Below, piece by piece: positions 28,519 through 38,348 of a DNA stretch of 64,000 nucleotides; position 1 is the first letter of the stretch, and each line of letters starts with the position of its first letter. The stretch is from positions 10,090 through 74,089 of the forward strand of contig DATGWJ010000021.1 in NCBI GenBank assembly GCA_035299545.1, written 5' to 3'. The stretch is from Minisyncoccota bacterium (GTDB taxonomy: Bacteria > Patescibacteriota > Minisyncoccia > Phycocordibacterales > UBA9973). The notes below the pieces were generated by a model, which was not told the origin of the DNA, made no database searches, and saw only the letters and a list, made by a program, of their open reading frames with translations. A program made the position numbers and the translations under genes.

Positions 28519-28971
28519 TTATGTTGTTTTTTTAATATCTTCGACCGTTTTACCTATAGCGTCTGCTATTACAAATGCCCCCAGGAGTAACGCCGCGCCT
28601 ATGAGCGTATAAACTAGGGAGTTCTTTGCTTTTGTAAGTTTCTCAGAGTTGCCTTGTGCTTGTACAAATAGAAAGCCAGTATAGATAATAGCAAGTGCGA
28701 CAATTGGTATGCCTATGTAGAGAACTATATTTATGATTTCTTTTATAAAAGAAGGAATATCTTTAATGTTATCACCTAAAGGATTTTCTATTTTAGTTGT
28801 TATGTTTGTGCCTGTATTGTCTACTCCTGCAGAATTATTATTAGTATTATCAACTCCATCTGGAGCAGCAAAAACCACTGGAGCTAATAACATAACTGCA
28901 AAGACTATTATAAAACTATATTTTAAAATTCCCGATAATATGGTGTATTTTTTTGTTTTAAAAATTTTCAT
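28519..28971 (-). CDS. small two-TM pilin-like protein, paralog 4 of 5 (signal peptide, N-rich linker)
   Basis: IIYTGFLFVQAQGNSEKLTKAKNSLVYTLIGAALLLGAFVIA. Confidence 0.45.
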   Translation of the reverse strand: MKIFKTKKYTILSGILKYSFIIVFAVMLLAPVVFAAPDGVDNTNNNSAGVDNTGTNITTKIENPLGDNIKDIPSFIKEIINIVLYIGIPIVALAIIYTGFLFVQAQGNSEKLTKAKNSLVYTLIGAALLLGAFVIADAIGKTVEDIKKTT

Positions 28972-29102
28972 CCCGTTAGAGATAGGAATTCTTTAGATTT
29001 CCGTATCTTACTAATTATAATTAATAATATAGACCTAATAAAACATTTTCATTTATCTTAATAATATCACATACACATCTCTAACGGGATTATTAATAAT
29101 AA

Positions 29103-29498
29103 CTAACTTAAGAACGAGTCCCCTGTAAATCCAAGCGCCGCAAGTATCGACTTTACTATAAGCCAAGCTGCGAGAGCGATAACATAGCCAATAAGAGCAT
29201 TTTTAAATATATGCTTTGCTTTTGAGACATTCTCCGAACTCCCTCCAGATGAGAGGTAAAGCCATCCAGCATAAATTATAATAAGAGCAAAAATAGGAGT
29301 GGCAAGAGTTATAAGTATGAAGGAAATAATATTATTTATTATTGTCATTACCATATTAAAATCGCAAGGATCATCAAAACCACCACTATTATTTACAATT
29401 GTATTACACTCTGGCACCAACTTTGCTCCGAATGATATTAAAGGAACAGAGAATATTATGGCAAATCCTAGAACGAATGGAATGACTTTTTTAATCAT
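29103..29498 (-). CDS. small two-TM pilin-like protein, paralog 5 of 5
   Basis: IIYAGWLYLSSGGSSENVSKAKHIFKNALIGYVIALAAWLIV. Confidence 0.45.
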   Translation of the reverse strand: MIKKVIPFVLGFAIIFSVPLISFGAKLVPECNTIVNNSGGFDDPCDFNMVMTIINNIISFILITLATPIFALIIIYAGWLYLSSGGSSENVSKAKHIFKNALIGYVIALAAWLIVKSILAALGFTGDSFLS

Positions 29499-29500
29499 AA

Positions 29501-30820
29501 TTATTTCTTAAGTAGAAGTTCAAGCTGACCTTGAGCTTTATTTATGGACTCACTCACCGACAAATTATTTGATAATATATTTTCTATTAACTCTTTGAAA
29601 ATAGCATCACTTTGAGGTTTATTTGGATCTAGCCAAGACCTGGATATAAGAGCCGAATTAAAGAATGTAAACAAATAAGGGTTAGCTGGCTTTTCAGATA
29701 AAACAGCTCGTGAAGTAGGAGGCAAAGAAAGAGTAATACTTAAATCCTTTGCGACACTCCCCTGACTGAGAATTCCTGCTACACCAAAAGCTGAACTTAG
29801 ATTACTAGATTTCTTATTTATAACAATTGCATAAATTTCTCCATAAGTACGCTTTGTCTGCGAATTTTTAATTTGAGGAATTTGAGTCACATCATAACTT
29901 AAATTTGGATTCACAGACTGTATTTTAAACAACTCACTAGCTCTGCCTATATAGAATGCTAGCTTGCCCCCAGTGAACATATCTAGAGAGTTAGGAAGTG
30001 AACGATTCCATGAATACGCAGTATTGGAAGGATTAGAAAATTCAGTAAAGAATTTTACGACTGCTTCCATTGGACTTACAGAAAGTTTAGAAGGATTACT
30101 ATTTAATAGTGAAATATAACTTGTAGTGTTATTCGTAGCATCCACAGACCTCTTCACTATTCCGTTATTATTCTGAAGAAGTAATGTCGCTAATATATCT
30201 TTCGCATTATTAATATTGCCGTACTGACCAAGTGCTATCATACTTTGGCTTATAGTGCCAATATTATCTCTCTTAGTTAAAGTAGAATTGAGTGGGAATA
30301 ATTCATCCCAAGTCTTAAGCGGAGAAACAATTCCTTCATTAGATAAAATATCTTTGTTGTAGTACAGAACCATAGGGTCTACAACCAAAGGTAAACCTAC
30401 AACACCTTCACTGTCGAGGTAAATATCTGCTCCGTCTATAAATGAATCGCGGAATGTTTTCTCTGGATAGCTGGCATAAGGAATTTTGTATATAAAATTA
30501 TTATTCTTTACTACCATATCAGGAGTTATAATGAACAAATCAGGGCCAACTCCGTTTGCAAATGCTTCTATTAATTCTTGCTGATAGGAAGATGAATTTT
30601 TCTTGATGTAAGTAACACTGAGCTCTTTATTAGCATCATTCATGCCGTCGATAATGTCATACATTTCTGAACTAGGAAATGTCCCCCAAATAGTCACCTT
30701 GCCTTGGGGAGCGTTAGTATTCGATGAAATACCTAAATCAATTACTCCTGAGAATATTAAAACTCCAAAAACGAAAAATGATAGAAATATAGCGACAAGT
30801 ATTGTCTGGAAATTACTCAT
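29501..30820 (-). CDS. membrane-anchored extracellular solute-binding-protein-like protein (439 aa)
   Basis: N-terminal anchor and size consistent with a family-1 SBP fold; low-confidence family call. Stop and start abut the pilin-like array. Confidence 0.4.
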   Translation of the reverse strand: MSNFQTILVAIFLSFFVFGVLIFSGVIDLGISSNTNAPQGKVTIWGTFPSSEMYDIIDGMNDANKELSVTYIKKNSSSYQQELIEAFANGVGPDLFIITPDMVVKNNNFIYKIPYASYPEKTFRDSFIDGADIYLDSEGVVGLPLVVDPMVLYYNKDILSNEGIVSPLKTWDELFPLNSTLTKRDNIGTISQSMIALGQYGNINNAKDILATLLLQNNNGIVKRSVDATNNTTSYISLLNSNPSKLSVSPMEAVVKFFTEFSNPSNTAYSWNRSLPNSLDMFTGGKLAFYIGRASELFKIQSVNPNLSYDVTQIPQIKNSQTKRTYGEIYAIVINKKSSNLSSAFGVAGILSQGSVAKDLSITLSLPPTSRAVLSEKPANPYLFTFFNSALISRSWLDPNKPQSDAIFKELIENILSNNLSVSESINKAQGQLELLLKK

Positions 30821-31340
30821 ATGTAAATATTATACCATAATGGTGAACACTAGTGGAAATTTTTTCTTCAAATCGGAAGCCTCTTTTTTCAAAAAGTTCT
30901 CTTGCCTCGGCTTCTGGCATCACATGGTGCGGAGCTGGACCCATTCCTCCAAAGGAATCACTCCAATCCACAAGAAGAATTTTCCCACCTTTTCTAAGTA
31001 CACGCTTAGCTTCATCTATAATCCCAATCTTATCTTCCACTTGGAAAAGTACATTGGAAATTATCACAACATCCATAGAATTATCCAATAATTTAGTCCC
31101 TCCACGGCGTTCTATGTCGCCCCAAATACAATCTACGTTGTGTATTCCTAATTCTTTTAAATCTGATTCAAGTTTTTTTACTAAATCTTTCTGAACTTCA
31201 ATAGCATATACCTTTCCACTGTTGCCTACACGAGGACTAATGGCTTTACAATAGAAGCCAGTCCCAGCTCCGAAGTCTGCTACACGCATACCTTCTCTTA
31301 ACCCTAAATGTAGAATATTTGTTTCTGGTTTAGTAAACAT
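30813..31340 (-). CDS. class I SAM-dependent methyltransferase
   Basis: VADFGAGTG SAM-binding motif I. Confidence 0.7.
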   Translation of the reverse strand: MFTKPETNILHLGLREGMRVADFGAGTGFYCKAISPRVGNSGKVYAIEVQKDLVKKLESDLKELGIHNVDCIWGDIERRGGTKLLDNSMDVVIISNVLFQVEDKIGIIDEAKRVLRKGGKILLVDWSDSFGGMGPAPHHVMPEAEARELFEKRGFRFEEKISTSVHHYGIIFTYE

Positions 31341-31380
31341 ATTTATAGGTATATTATACTACAAATAAAATAAACTAGAA

Positions 31381-31483
31381 AGTCCGCTATATGTTCAAAA
31401 TTTCTGAGTAGGTGTGGGCGCGCGCCGAATCCGGTGGATTCGGTAGGGATAAGCGAAGAAATTTTGAATATATAGCGGAGTTT
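31381..31483 (-). repeat. composite hairpin element, copy C (core in reverse orientation; inner palindrome GCCGAATCCRSCGGATTCGGC)
   Basis: Core revcomp is TTCGCTTATCCCTACCGAATCCACCGGATTCGGCGCGCGCCCACACCTACTC. Flanked by stem AGTCCGCTATATGTTCAAAATTTCT / AGAAATTTTGAATATATAGCGGAGT. Confidence 0.8.
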
Positions 31484-31492
31484 CTACAAAAA

Positions 31493-33940
31493 CTATAAGA
31501 ATGTAATAGAAGCAATACTATCCCCTGGGCGGAGCTTCATCACGGTCACACCTTGCGTCTGGCGACCAGAAGTAGGAAGTGAATCCAAACTTACACGGAT
31601 AACTTGCCCTTTCTGAGACACCGCGATAATCTCACTTTCATCACTTACTATTTTCGCAACTATAAGCTTACCTGTCTTAGGAGTAACTTTTGCTGTCTTT
31701 ATACCAGAGCCACTTCTCTTCTGTGTTTTGTATTCTTTAATATTAGTTTTCTTACCAAGGCCATTTGCCGAGAGTGTGAGAATGGATAATGAATTCTCTC
31801 CTTTTGGAATACGATCCACTCCAATGACAAAGTCCCCTTTACCGAGCTTCATAGCACGCACACCTCCAGCACTGCGACCCATTTCTCGGACATCTGTCTC
31901 TTTGAATCTTATTGATTGTCCAAGCGCTGTGGCAAGCATCACATCATCACCTTTTGATATTGGAAGAACAGCTTGGAGTTCATCATCCTTATCGAGTCGG
32001 ATAGCTATCAATCCACTTCTTCGGACATCTTTGAAGCTCTCAGCTCCCACTTTCTTTGTCACGCCCATCTTGGTGACCATCATAAGTGTCTCTACTGTTT
32101 TCTTTGTCTCTTTATCTATAGGCAAAATAGAAGTCACCTTCTCTTCAGCTTCAAGAGAAATGAAGTTCATAATTGATTTACCTTTTGTTGCACGCTTACC
32201 TTCAGGAATATCATACATCTTTATCTGATATGCTTTTCCAAGATTAGTGAAGAATAGCAAATCCGAGTGGGTATTTGCGGATATAAGCATGGTTACGAAG
32301 TCTTCTTCTTTTGGCTCAATATCTATTACACCTACACCTCCGCGCTTCTGTGTGCGGTATTCAGAAGGGTCTGTACGCTTCACATATCCACCCTTAGTGA
32401 ATACGAGTACTGACTCTTTCTCTGGGATAAGGTCTTCTTCGTTTATTGCTTTCACTCCTCCTTTTATAATACGAGTGCGTCTTACATCAGAATATTTTTC
32501 TTTAATATCAATAAGTTCATCTGATATAACTTTCATCATTTTCTTTGGACTTGCAAGCAATGCCTCCAATTCTTTAATTAATTCTTGCTTTTCTTTCAAC
32601 TCAAGCTCCACATTTTTACGTTCAAGTCCAGCAAGTTTCTGCAACTTCATTTCAAGAATAGCTACAGCTTGAAGTTCAGAGAATTTAAATTCTTTCATCA
32701 AGTTTGCCTTAGCCACTTGGGTATCTTTAGATGCACGAATTACAGAAATAACTCGGTCAATATGATCAAGTGCTTTCTTGAGTCCTAGAAGAATATGCTC
32801 TCTTTCTTTTGCTTTTCGTAAATCGTACTCAGTTCGGCGACGAACAACTATCTGACGGTGTGTTATAAATTCACTAAGTAAACTCTTGAGCGAAAGCGTC
32901 TGAGGTACGCCATCCACAAGAGCCACGAGGTTGAAATTGAAAGATTGCTCGAGCTGTGTGTGCTTGTAAATGTAATTCAAAACTTTCTGAGGAATAACTC
33001 CACTCTTAAGGTCTATAACAATGCGAATATCTTTTGTAGATTCATCACGAAGACCTTTTACTCCTTCTAATTTTTTCTCTTGAATAAGAACTGCAATAGA
33101 CTCAATAAGAGCTGACTTATTTACTCTGTAAGGAATAGAAGTAATAATGATTTGGAAAGTATCACTCTTTTGTTCTACTATTTCGGCTTCTCCGCGAGTT
33201 ACAACACCACCACGTCCTGTAGAGTAAGCGTGAAGTAAATCATTTTGTCCATAAACTATTCCACCAATAGGAAAATCTGGACCTTTAATGTATTCCATTA
33301 ATTCTTCAGTGCTTGCATCTTTGTTTTCTATTAAGTGAACAGTAGCATCTACAACTTCACCAAGATTATGAGGAGGAATATTTGTAGCCATACCCACTGC
33401 AATACCCAGAGTTCCATTTAGGAGTAAATTAGGAACAGCTGTAGGCAGAACTACTGGTTCTTTGCGAGTCTGATCATAGTTCGGACGAAAATCCACTGTT
33501 TCTTTCTCAAGATCAAGAAGTAATAGTGATGAGAGTCGAGACATTTTGGCCTCTGTATAACGCATAGCAGCTGCTCCATCTCCGTCGATAGAACCAAAGT
33601 TTCCTTGTCCATGAATAAGAGGATAGCGATAAGAGAAATCTTGAGCCATTCCCACCATAGAATCGTAAACAGCCACATCACCGTGTGGGTGATACTTTCC
33701 GAGTACATCTCCGACTACCGCAGCACTTTTACGAAAACGACTTTGAGAAGTTAAACCCATTTCATACATCGCATACAAGATACGTCTATGAACTGGCTTT
33801 AATCCATCACGAACATCAGGAAGAGCACGGTCAGTAATAACCGACATCGCATAGTCGATGAACGAATCTTTCATCTCTGTACTAATTTCTACAGAAACGA
33901 CATTTATATGATTGTCTTTTTTTTCTTCTTCTTTAGCCAT
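31493..33940 (-). CDS. gyrA: DNA gyrase subunit A
   Basis: [28 protein letters not shown]; 815 aa. Confidence 0.95.
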   Translation of the reverse strand: MAKEEEKKDNHINVVSVEISTEMKDSFIDYAMSVITDRALPDVRDGLKPVHRRILYAMYEMGLTSQSRFRKSAAVVGDVLGKYHPHGDVAVYDSMVGMAQDFSYRYPLIHGQGNFGSIDGDGAAAMRYTEAKMSRLSSLLLLDLEKETVDFRPNYDQTRKEPVVLPTAVPNLLLNGTLGIAVGMATNIPPHNLGEVVDATVHLIENKDASTEELMEYIKGPDFPIGGIVYGQNDLLHAYSTGRGGVVTRGEAEIVEQKSDTFQIIITSIPYRVNKSALIESIAVLIQEKKLEGVKGLRDESTKDIRIVIDLKSGVIPQKVLNYIYKHTQLEQSFNFNLVALVDGVPQTLSLKSLLSEFITHRQIVVRRRTEYDLRKAKEREHILLGLKKALDHIDRVISVIRASKDTQVAKANLMKEFKFSELQAVAILEMKLQKLAGLERKNVELELKEKQELIKELEALLASPKKMMKVISDELIDIKEKYSDVRRTRIIKGGVKAINEEDLIPEKESVLVFTKGGYVKRTDPSEYRTQKRGGVGVIDIEPKEEDFVTMLISANTHSDLLFFTNLGKAYQIKMYDIPEGKRATKGKSIMNFISLEAEEKVTSILPIDKETKKTVETLMMVTKMGVTKKVGAESFKDVRRSGLIAIRLDKDDELQAVLPISKGDDVMLATALGQSIRFKETDVREMGRSAGGVRAMKLGKGDFVIGVDRIPKGENSLSILTLSANGLGKKTNIKEYKTQKRSGSGIKTAKVTPKTGKLIVAKIVSDESEIIAVSQKGQVIRVSLDSLPTSGRQTQGVTVMKLRPGDSIASITFL

Positions 33941-33941
33941 A

Positions 33942-34259
33942 TTATTGATATTCTACCGGAATTAAATCTATCTGCTTTTCTACTTCCACTTCTTTCTTTT
34001 CTTCTTCTTTCTTTATTGAAGGAATTTTCCCAACACTTGCAGTGACATTATTATAAGTGTTCGCAATACTTTGTCCAAATAATTCAAATGGCTTTATCTC
34101 TTCTTCTACAGGTGGAGTACTTTCTTTACTTAATTTCTGGCCAATGCTACTTATCCAAACAAACCCCACAAAAGACATACACAATATCAAAGACCCTACA
34201 AGTATTTGCTTGCGAGTGTCTTCCGATTTAGATTGTAATTTTCTTATATAAGTACGCAT
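33942..34259 (-). CDS. hypothetical small membrane-anchored protein
   Basis: Single TM helix and an acidic/Lys-rich tail. Confidence 0.4.
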   Translation of the reverse strand: MRTYIRKLQSKSEDTRKQILVGSLILCMSFVGFVWISSIGQKLSKESTPPVEEEIKPFELFGQSIANTYNNVTASVGKIPSIKKEEEKKEVEVEKQIDLIPVEYQ

Positions 34260-34263
34260 AAAT

Positions 34264-34923
34264 TTAGGATGTTAATACAACTATTTCCCCTTCTTTACCT
34301 ATCAATTCCTTTGCTTTGATTGTAAGCTTATCCAAAGGTGTTACTTTGTCTTGTCCTGCTTCCTTTAAGAATGCTTTTAATGTCTTCTCATCGTAATCCA
34401 TAGGAATAATAATCTTCGGTTCAAGCGTTGTTGCAAGTTTATATGCTTTTTCAGGGTCAAGCAAGTCATTATTGCCAATTGGTACAAAAAGGATATCTGG
34501 TTCAGCGATTTGCTCTCGAACAGTAGAATTTAATTTTTCATCAGAAATTGCACCCAAGAAACATAAAGAAATATTTTCAATCGTTAGAGAATAAATAGTG
34601 TTGATATATTTCTTCCCTGCAAGCTCTGTCTGAGTCATTATTCCTTTTATGAAAATATCTTTGATTTCGTAATCACCAGGGCCGTTTATTTCAAAAGGAA
34701 CTGTCTCTCCATGTGAGACCATTTCAAAGCCATTGTAGTCAGGATGATTGGTAGTAGAAAGGGCAATATCAGAACCGAAACGAGAGGCTTTTTCTCCATA
34801 TTTTGAGTCCTTACTTATAGGGTTAAATGCAACAGTCAAACTTCCCTGTCCAATCTTAAAGAATTGCTTACCTAGATATGTAATAATCATACCTCTATTA
34901 TACCAAAAATTTACAAAAAACAA
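34264..34923 (-). CDS. MBL-fold metal-dependent hydrolase (UPF0173-like)
   Basis: MIITYLGKQFFKI start and DILFVPIGN pattern of the beta-lactamase-fold hydrolases. Confidence 0.5.
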   Translation of the reverse strand: MFFVNFWYNRGMIITYLGKQFFKIGQGSLTVAFNPISKDSKYGEKASRFGSDIALSTTNHPDYNGFEMVSHGETVPFEINGPGDYEIKDIFIKGIMTQTELAGKKYINTIYSLTIENISLCFLGAISDEKLNSTVREQIAEPDILFVPIGNNDLLDPEKAYKLATTLEPKIIIPMDYDEKTLKAFLKEAGQDKVTPLDKLTIKAKELIGKEGEIVVLTS

Positions 34924-35152
34924 AAGGGCTTTTCTGTTAAAATAACCCTTTTCGCAAGGACTGTCCTTGCGAAATTTAGAGGGGTTGATTTTTGGGAGAA
35001 TATATAGTAGAGTGAGTGTATTATAAGCTCGGTTTGAAGGTTAACCCTTTTTGTGTTTAGTTTGGAAAGCAAAAAGATCTTCAACTGCGCCGCGAAACGC
35101 GGTTTTTTTAGTTCCAAAATATAAATTTATTTATATTTTACAAATTATAGAT

Positions 35153-36292
35153 ATGAAAAAAGAAAATGAAAGTGTTATAGAAAGTATTGCAGAAAATGCA
35201 AAAATTGAATTATCTAGTGTTGGTAAAATGCTAGAAAAAGCAGAAGTTCCTCCTCAAGTGGATGCACTCGTAGAAGGACCTGTTATTTCAATACAAAAAT
35301 CATCTGTATATATTGACCTTACTCCATTCGGAACAGGTATCATTTACGGACGAGAATTTATAAATGCAAAAGATATCATTAAGAAAGTAAACATTGGTGA
35401 TGTTGTTAAAGCAAAAGTAGTTGGGACAGACAACGAAGATGGTTATATAGAATTATCTTTGAAAGAAGCAAAGCAAGCTCTTATTTGGAGTGAAGCGGAG
35501 AAAGCTATTAAGTCAAAGACAACTCTTGAGCTTACAATCAAGGAGGCAAACAAAGGAGGACTTATTCTTGAATGGCAAGGTATAGCCGGATTCCTTCCTG
35601 CTTCTCAATTAAAGAGTGAACACTATCCACGAGTAGAAGATTCTGATAAAGATAAAATATTAAAAGCACTCAAAATGCTTATAGGTAAGCGCATCAATGT
35701 TGTAATGATTTCAGCATTACCAAAAGAAGGCAAACTTATATTCTCTGAGAAAGATAATAATCCAGAAGAGCGCCGCGAGATTGTCGGCAAGTACGCTGTC
35801 GGTGATGAACTTGAATGCATCGTTGCAGGAATTGTTGACTTCGGAGTATTCCTAAAGGTGGAAGAAGGTCTTGAAGGATTAGTTCACATTTCAGAAATTG
35901 ATTGGGGCTTAGTTGAAGACCCAAGAACAATGTTCAAGATTGGGGACAAAGTTAGAGCAAAAATAATTGAAATCAAAGATGGTAAAATTTCCCTTTCAAT
36001 TAAAGCTCTAAAGGAAAATCCTTGGAAAGAATTTGAAAATACACTTAAGAAAGGAGACATCGTCTCCGGAGTTGTTATTAAGTTCAACAAGCATGGAGCT
36101 CTTGTTTCTATTAAGCAAGGAGTTGCAGGTCTTGCACACAACTCAGGATTCGGTTCTGAAGAAAAATTAAAAAAGACTTTGGAATTAGGTAAGACTTATG
36201 ACTTCCAGATTACATTATTCGAACCAAAGGAACAAAGAATGACACTTGTATACTTGGATAAGGATAAAAAAGAAACTGAAGAAGCAAAATAA
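35153..36292 (+). CDS. rpsA: 30S ribosomal protein S1 (multiple S1 domains)
   Basis: Repeated S1-domain signatures: GDVVKAKVVG...; ELECIVAGIVDFGVFLKVEEGLEGLVHISEI; GDIVSGVVIKFNKHGALVSI. Start moved to ATG 35153. Confidence 0.8.
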   Translation: MKKENESVIESIAENAKIELSSVGKMLEKAEVPPQVDALVEGPVISIQKSSVYIDLTPFGTGIIYGREFINAKDIIKKVNIGDVVKAKVVGTDNEDGYIELSLKEAKQALIWSEAEKAIKSKTTLELTIKEANKGGLILEWQGIAGFLPASQLKSEHYPRVEDSDKDKILKALKMLIGKRINVVMISALPKEGKLIFSEKDNNPEERREIVGKYAVGDELECIVAGIVDFGVFLKVEEGLEGLVHISEIDWGLVEDPRTMFKIGDKVRAKIIEIKDGKISLSIKALKENPWKEFENTLKKGDIVSGVVIKFNKHGALVSIKQGVAGLAHNSGFGSEEKLKKTLELGKTYDFQITLFEPKEQRMTLVYLDKDKKETEEAK

Positions 36293-36335
36293 ATTAAAAT
36301 CCCGCTCATACGAGCGGGATTTTAATTTTTCCTAC
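36293..36335. terminator. intrinsic terminator AAAATCCCGCTCATACGAGCGGGATTTT (bidirectional)
   Basis: Perfect stem with A and T runs, between rpsA and the convergent HAD gene. Confidence 0.7.
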
Positions 36336-36946
36336 AAAACAATCTTTTCCAGTTCTTTAATATTACGAACAATGTAATCTGGATTCATTAATTTCAGATT
36401 ATTTTCTGAACACAAACCCCAAGTGACAGCAATCGTTTTTATACCAGCTTTTCTACCTATTGTTATTTCTTGATTTGAATCTCCAATAATAGCTGTTTCG
36501 TTTTCTATAAAATTATTTCTTTTTATTATTTTATATAAAGTCTCCTCTTTATCATGAATTCCTATTTCTATATCATTAAAAATATTTTGTAACCCAAATT
36601 TTTTAATTTCAGGAAGAATACTAATCGCATGATCAGCACTTATAACTATAATATTTTTTCCTTCTTTTTTAAGTTTTTGTATTAAATCAATAATCCCAGG
36701 ATATTCTTTAGGATTAAAATTTTCCATAAGGACTTTTTTGTACACAACATCCTGTTGCTCTTTTGTTAAATCTGGTAAATATTTATTCCAAAAAGTCATA
36801 TATGGCTCACTCCACTCATTTCTTAATTGCTCTAGAGTCATTTTATTAAGACCAAAATACTCAAGCATTTTATTTATAACAATAAAATGACCCATGGAGT
36901 GATCTTTTATAACCCCAGACCAATCAAAAATAATATTTTTTATCAT
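36332..36946 (-). CDS. HAD-superfamily hydrolase
   Basis: IIFDWSGVI motif I and GDSNQEITIGRKAGI motif IV. Confidence 0.65.
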   Translation of the reverse strand: MIKNIIFDWSGVIKDHSMGHFIVINKMLEYFGLNKMTLEQLRNEWSEPYMTFWNKYLPDLTKEQQDVVYKKVLMENFNPKEYPGIIDLIQKLKKEGKNIIVISADHAISILPEIKKFGLQNIFNDIEIGIHDKEETLYKIIKRNNFIENETAIIGDSNQEITIGRKAGIKTIAVTWGLCSENNLKLMNPDYIVRNIKELEKIVL

Positions 36947-36953
36947 AAATTGA

Positions 36954-37541
36954 TTATTGATTATAGATACTCATTGCTTTATCTTTCCCACCAGACGACA
37001 AAACTTCAAGAATTTCGGCTACTTTTTTAGAAATCTTTTTTAATTCCTTTAATTCATCATCTTTAAACTTTCCTAAGAGGAATTTCAATACAGCATCTTC
37101 CCCTTTTGGCTTTCTAATCTTTCCAGATGGAGTGGTCGGAGATATGCCAATGCGAATACGAACGAATTCTTTTGACTTAACTTTTTTAATAACTGATTCT
37201 AGCCCATTATGCCCACCAGAAGAACGATTAAAAGAAATTTTTAAACTTCCAAGAGGTAAATCCACGTCATCATACACAACAACTAAATTTTTTAGTTTTT
37301 TAGGGTTATCAATAACCTGACAAACAGCATTCCCCGAATTATTCATAAATGTCTCTGGTAAAAGAAAATCAAACTTTTCACCTTCTATTTCACCCTTAGT
37401 AGAAAGTGATTTTAATTTCATATTATTTTTCCATTCAGAAAAATCAAAACTCTTTGCGATATTTTCTAAAATTATTCTACCCGTATTGTGTCTGGAGTTA
37501 CTGTATTCCTCTCCAGGATTTCCTAATCCAACGATTAACAT
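36954..37541 (-). CDS. pth: peptidyl-tRNA hydrolase
   Basis: LIVGLGNPGEEYSNSRHNTG. Confidence 0.9.
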   Translation of the reverse strand: MLIVGLGNPGEEYSNSRHNTGRIILENIAKSFDFSEWKNNMKLKSLSTKGEIEGEKFDFLLPETFMNNSGNAVCQVIDNPKKLKNLVVVYDDVDLPLGSLKISFNRSSGGHNGLESVIKKVKSKEFVRIRIGISPTTPSGKIRKPKGEDAVLKFLLGKFKDDELKELKKISKKVAEILEVLSSGGKDKAMSIYNQ

Positions 37542-37565
37542 ATTTTTTATTGTACCACAAAATAT

Positions 37566-37666
37566 AAAAAGGGATAATTAAAATTTTATTCGCTTATCCC
37601 TACCGAATCCGGCGGATTCGGCGCGCGCCCACACCTACTCATAAAATTTCAATTATCCCTTTTTAT
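37566..37666 (+). repeat. composite hairpin element, copy D (core variant with perfect inner palindrome GCCGAATCCGGCGGATTCGGC)
   Basis: TTCGCTTATCCCTACCGAATCCGGCGGATTCGGCGCGCGCCCACACCTACTCA. Flanked by AAAAGGGATAATTAAAATTTTA / TAAAATTTCAATTATCCCTTTT. Sits in the divergent pth/lepB intergenic region. Confidence 0.8.
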
Positions 37667-37731
37667 ATAACCTACAACACAACACTCTTTTATACCTTCT
37701 GTCAAGGATAAATATGTGGTAAAATAAAAAC

Positions 37732-38334
37732 ATGGAAAATAACAATGTTCAAATTAATAATGAAAATAATCCTGGAAAAACAAAGCTACAAAAGAACCTC
37801 GAAGGAATTTGGGATCTTTTGAAGTTTGCCCTTATAGCAATTATTATAGTTATCCCTATACGTATGTTTATAGCTCAACCATTCGTAGTAAGTGGAGAAT
37901 CAATGTACCCTACTTTTAACGATGGTGAATATTTAATTGTAGACGAAATTTCTTATATATTGGGCACACCCAAGAGAGGTGATGTTATAATTTTCCGTTA
38001 TCCTAATGATACAAAAAGATTTTTCATTAAAAGAGTTATTGGTATGCCTAACGAAGAAATAATTATTAACAACGGAAAGGTAACAATAAAAAATAAAGAA
38101 AAACCAGAAGGTTTTGTTCTTAGTGAACCATACCTTGGAGAAAAATTTGACACAACAACCTCCTACAAAACAGGAAATAATGAATACTTTGTGATGGGAG
38201 ACAACAGAAATAGAAGCTCCGATTCTCGTACTTGGGGAGTATTAGATAGTAAGTTTATTATTGGTAGAGCATATCTACGCCTCTTACCTACAGATAATAT
38301 TTCATTCTTACCAGGACATTATAACGAATACTAA
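37732..38334 (+). CDS. lepB: signal peptidase I
   Basis: GESMYPT, KRVIGMP and GDNRNRSSDSR motifs. Confidence 0.85.
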   Translation: MENNNVQINNENNPGKTKLQKNLEGIWDLLKFALIAIIIVIPIRMFIAQPFVVSGESMYPTFNDGEYLIVDEISYILGTPKRGDVIIFRYPNDTKRFFIKRVIGMPNEEIIINNGKVTIKNKEKPEGFVLSEPYLGEKFDTTTSYKTGNNEYFVMGDNRNRSSDSRTWGVLDSKFIIGRAYLRLLPTDNISFLPGHYNEY

Positions 38335-38348
38335 TAAACTCACTACAT

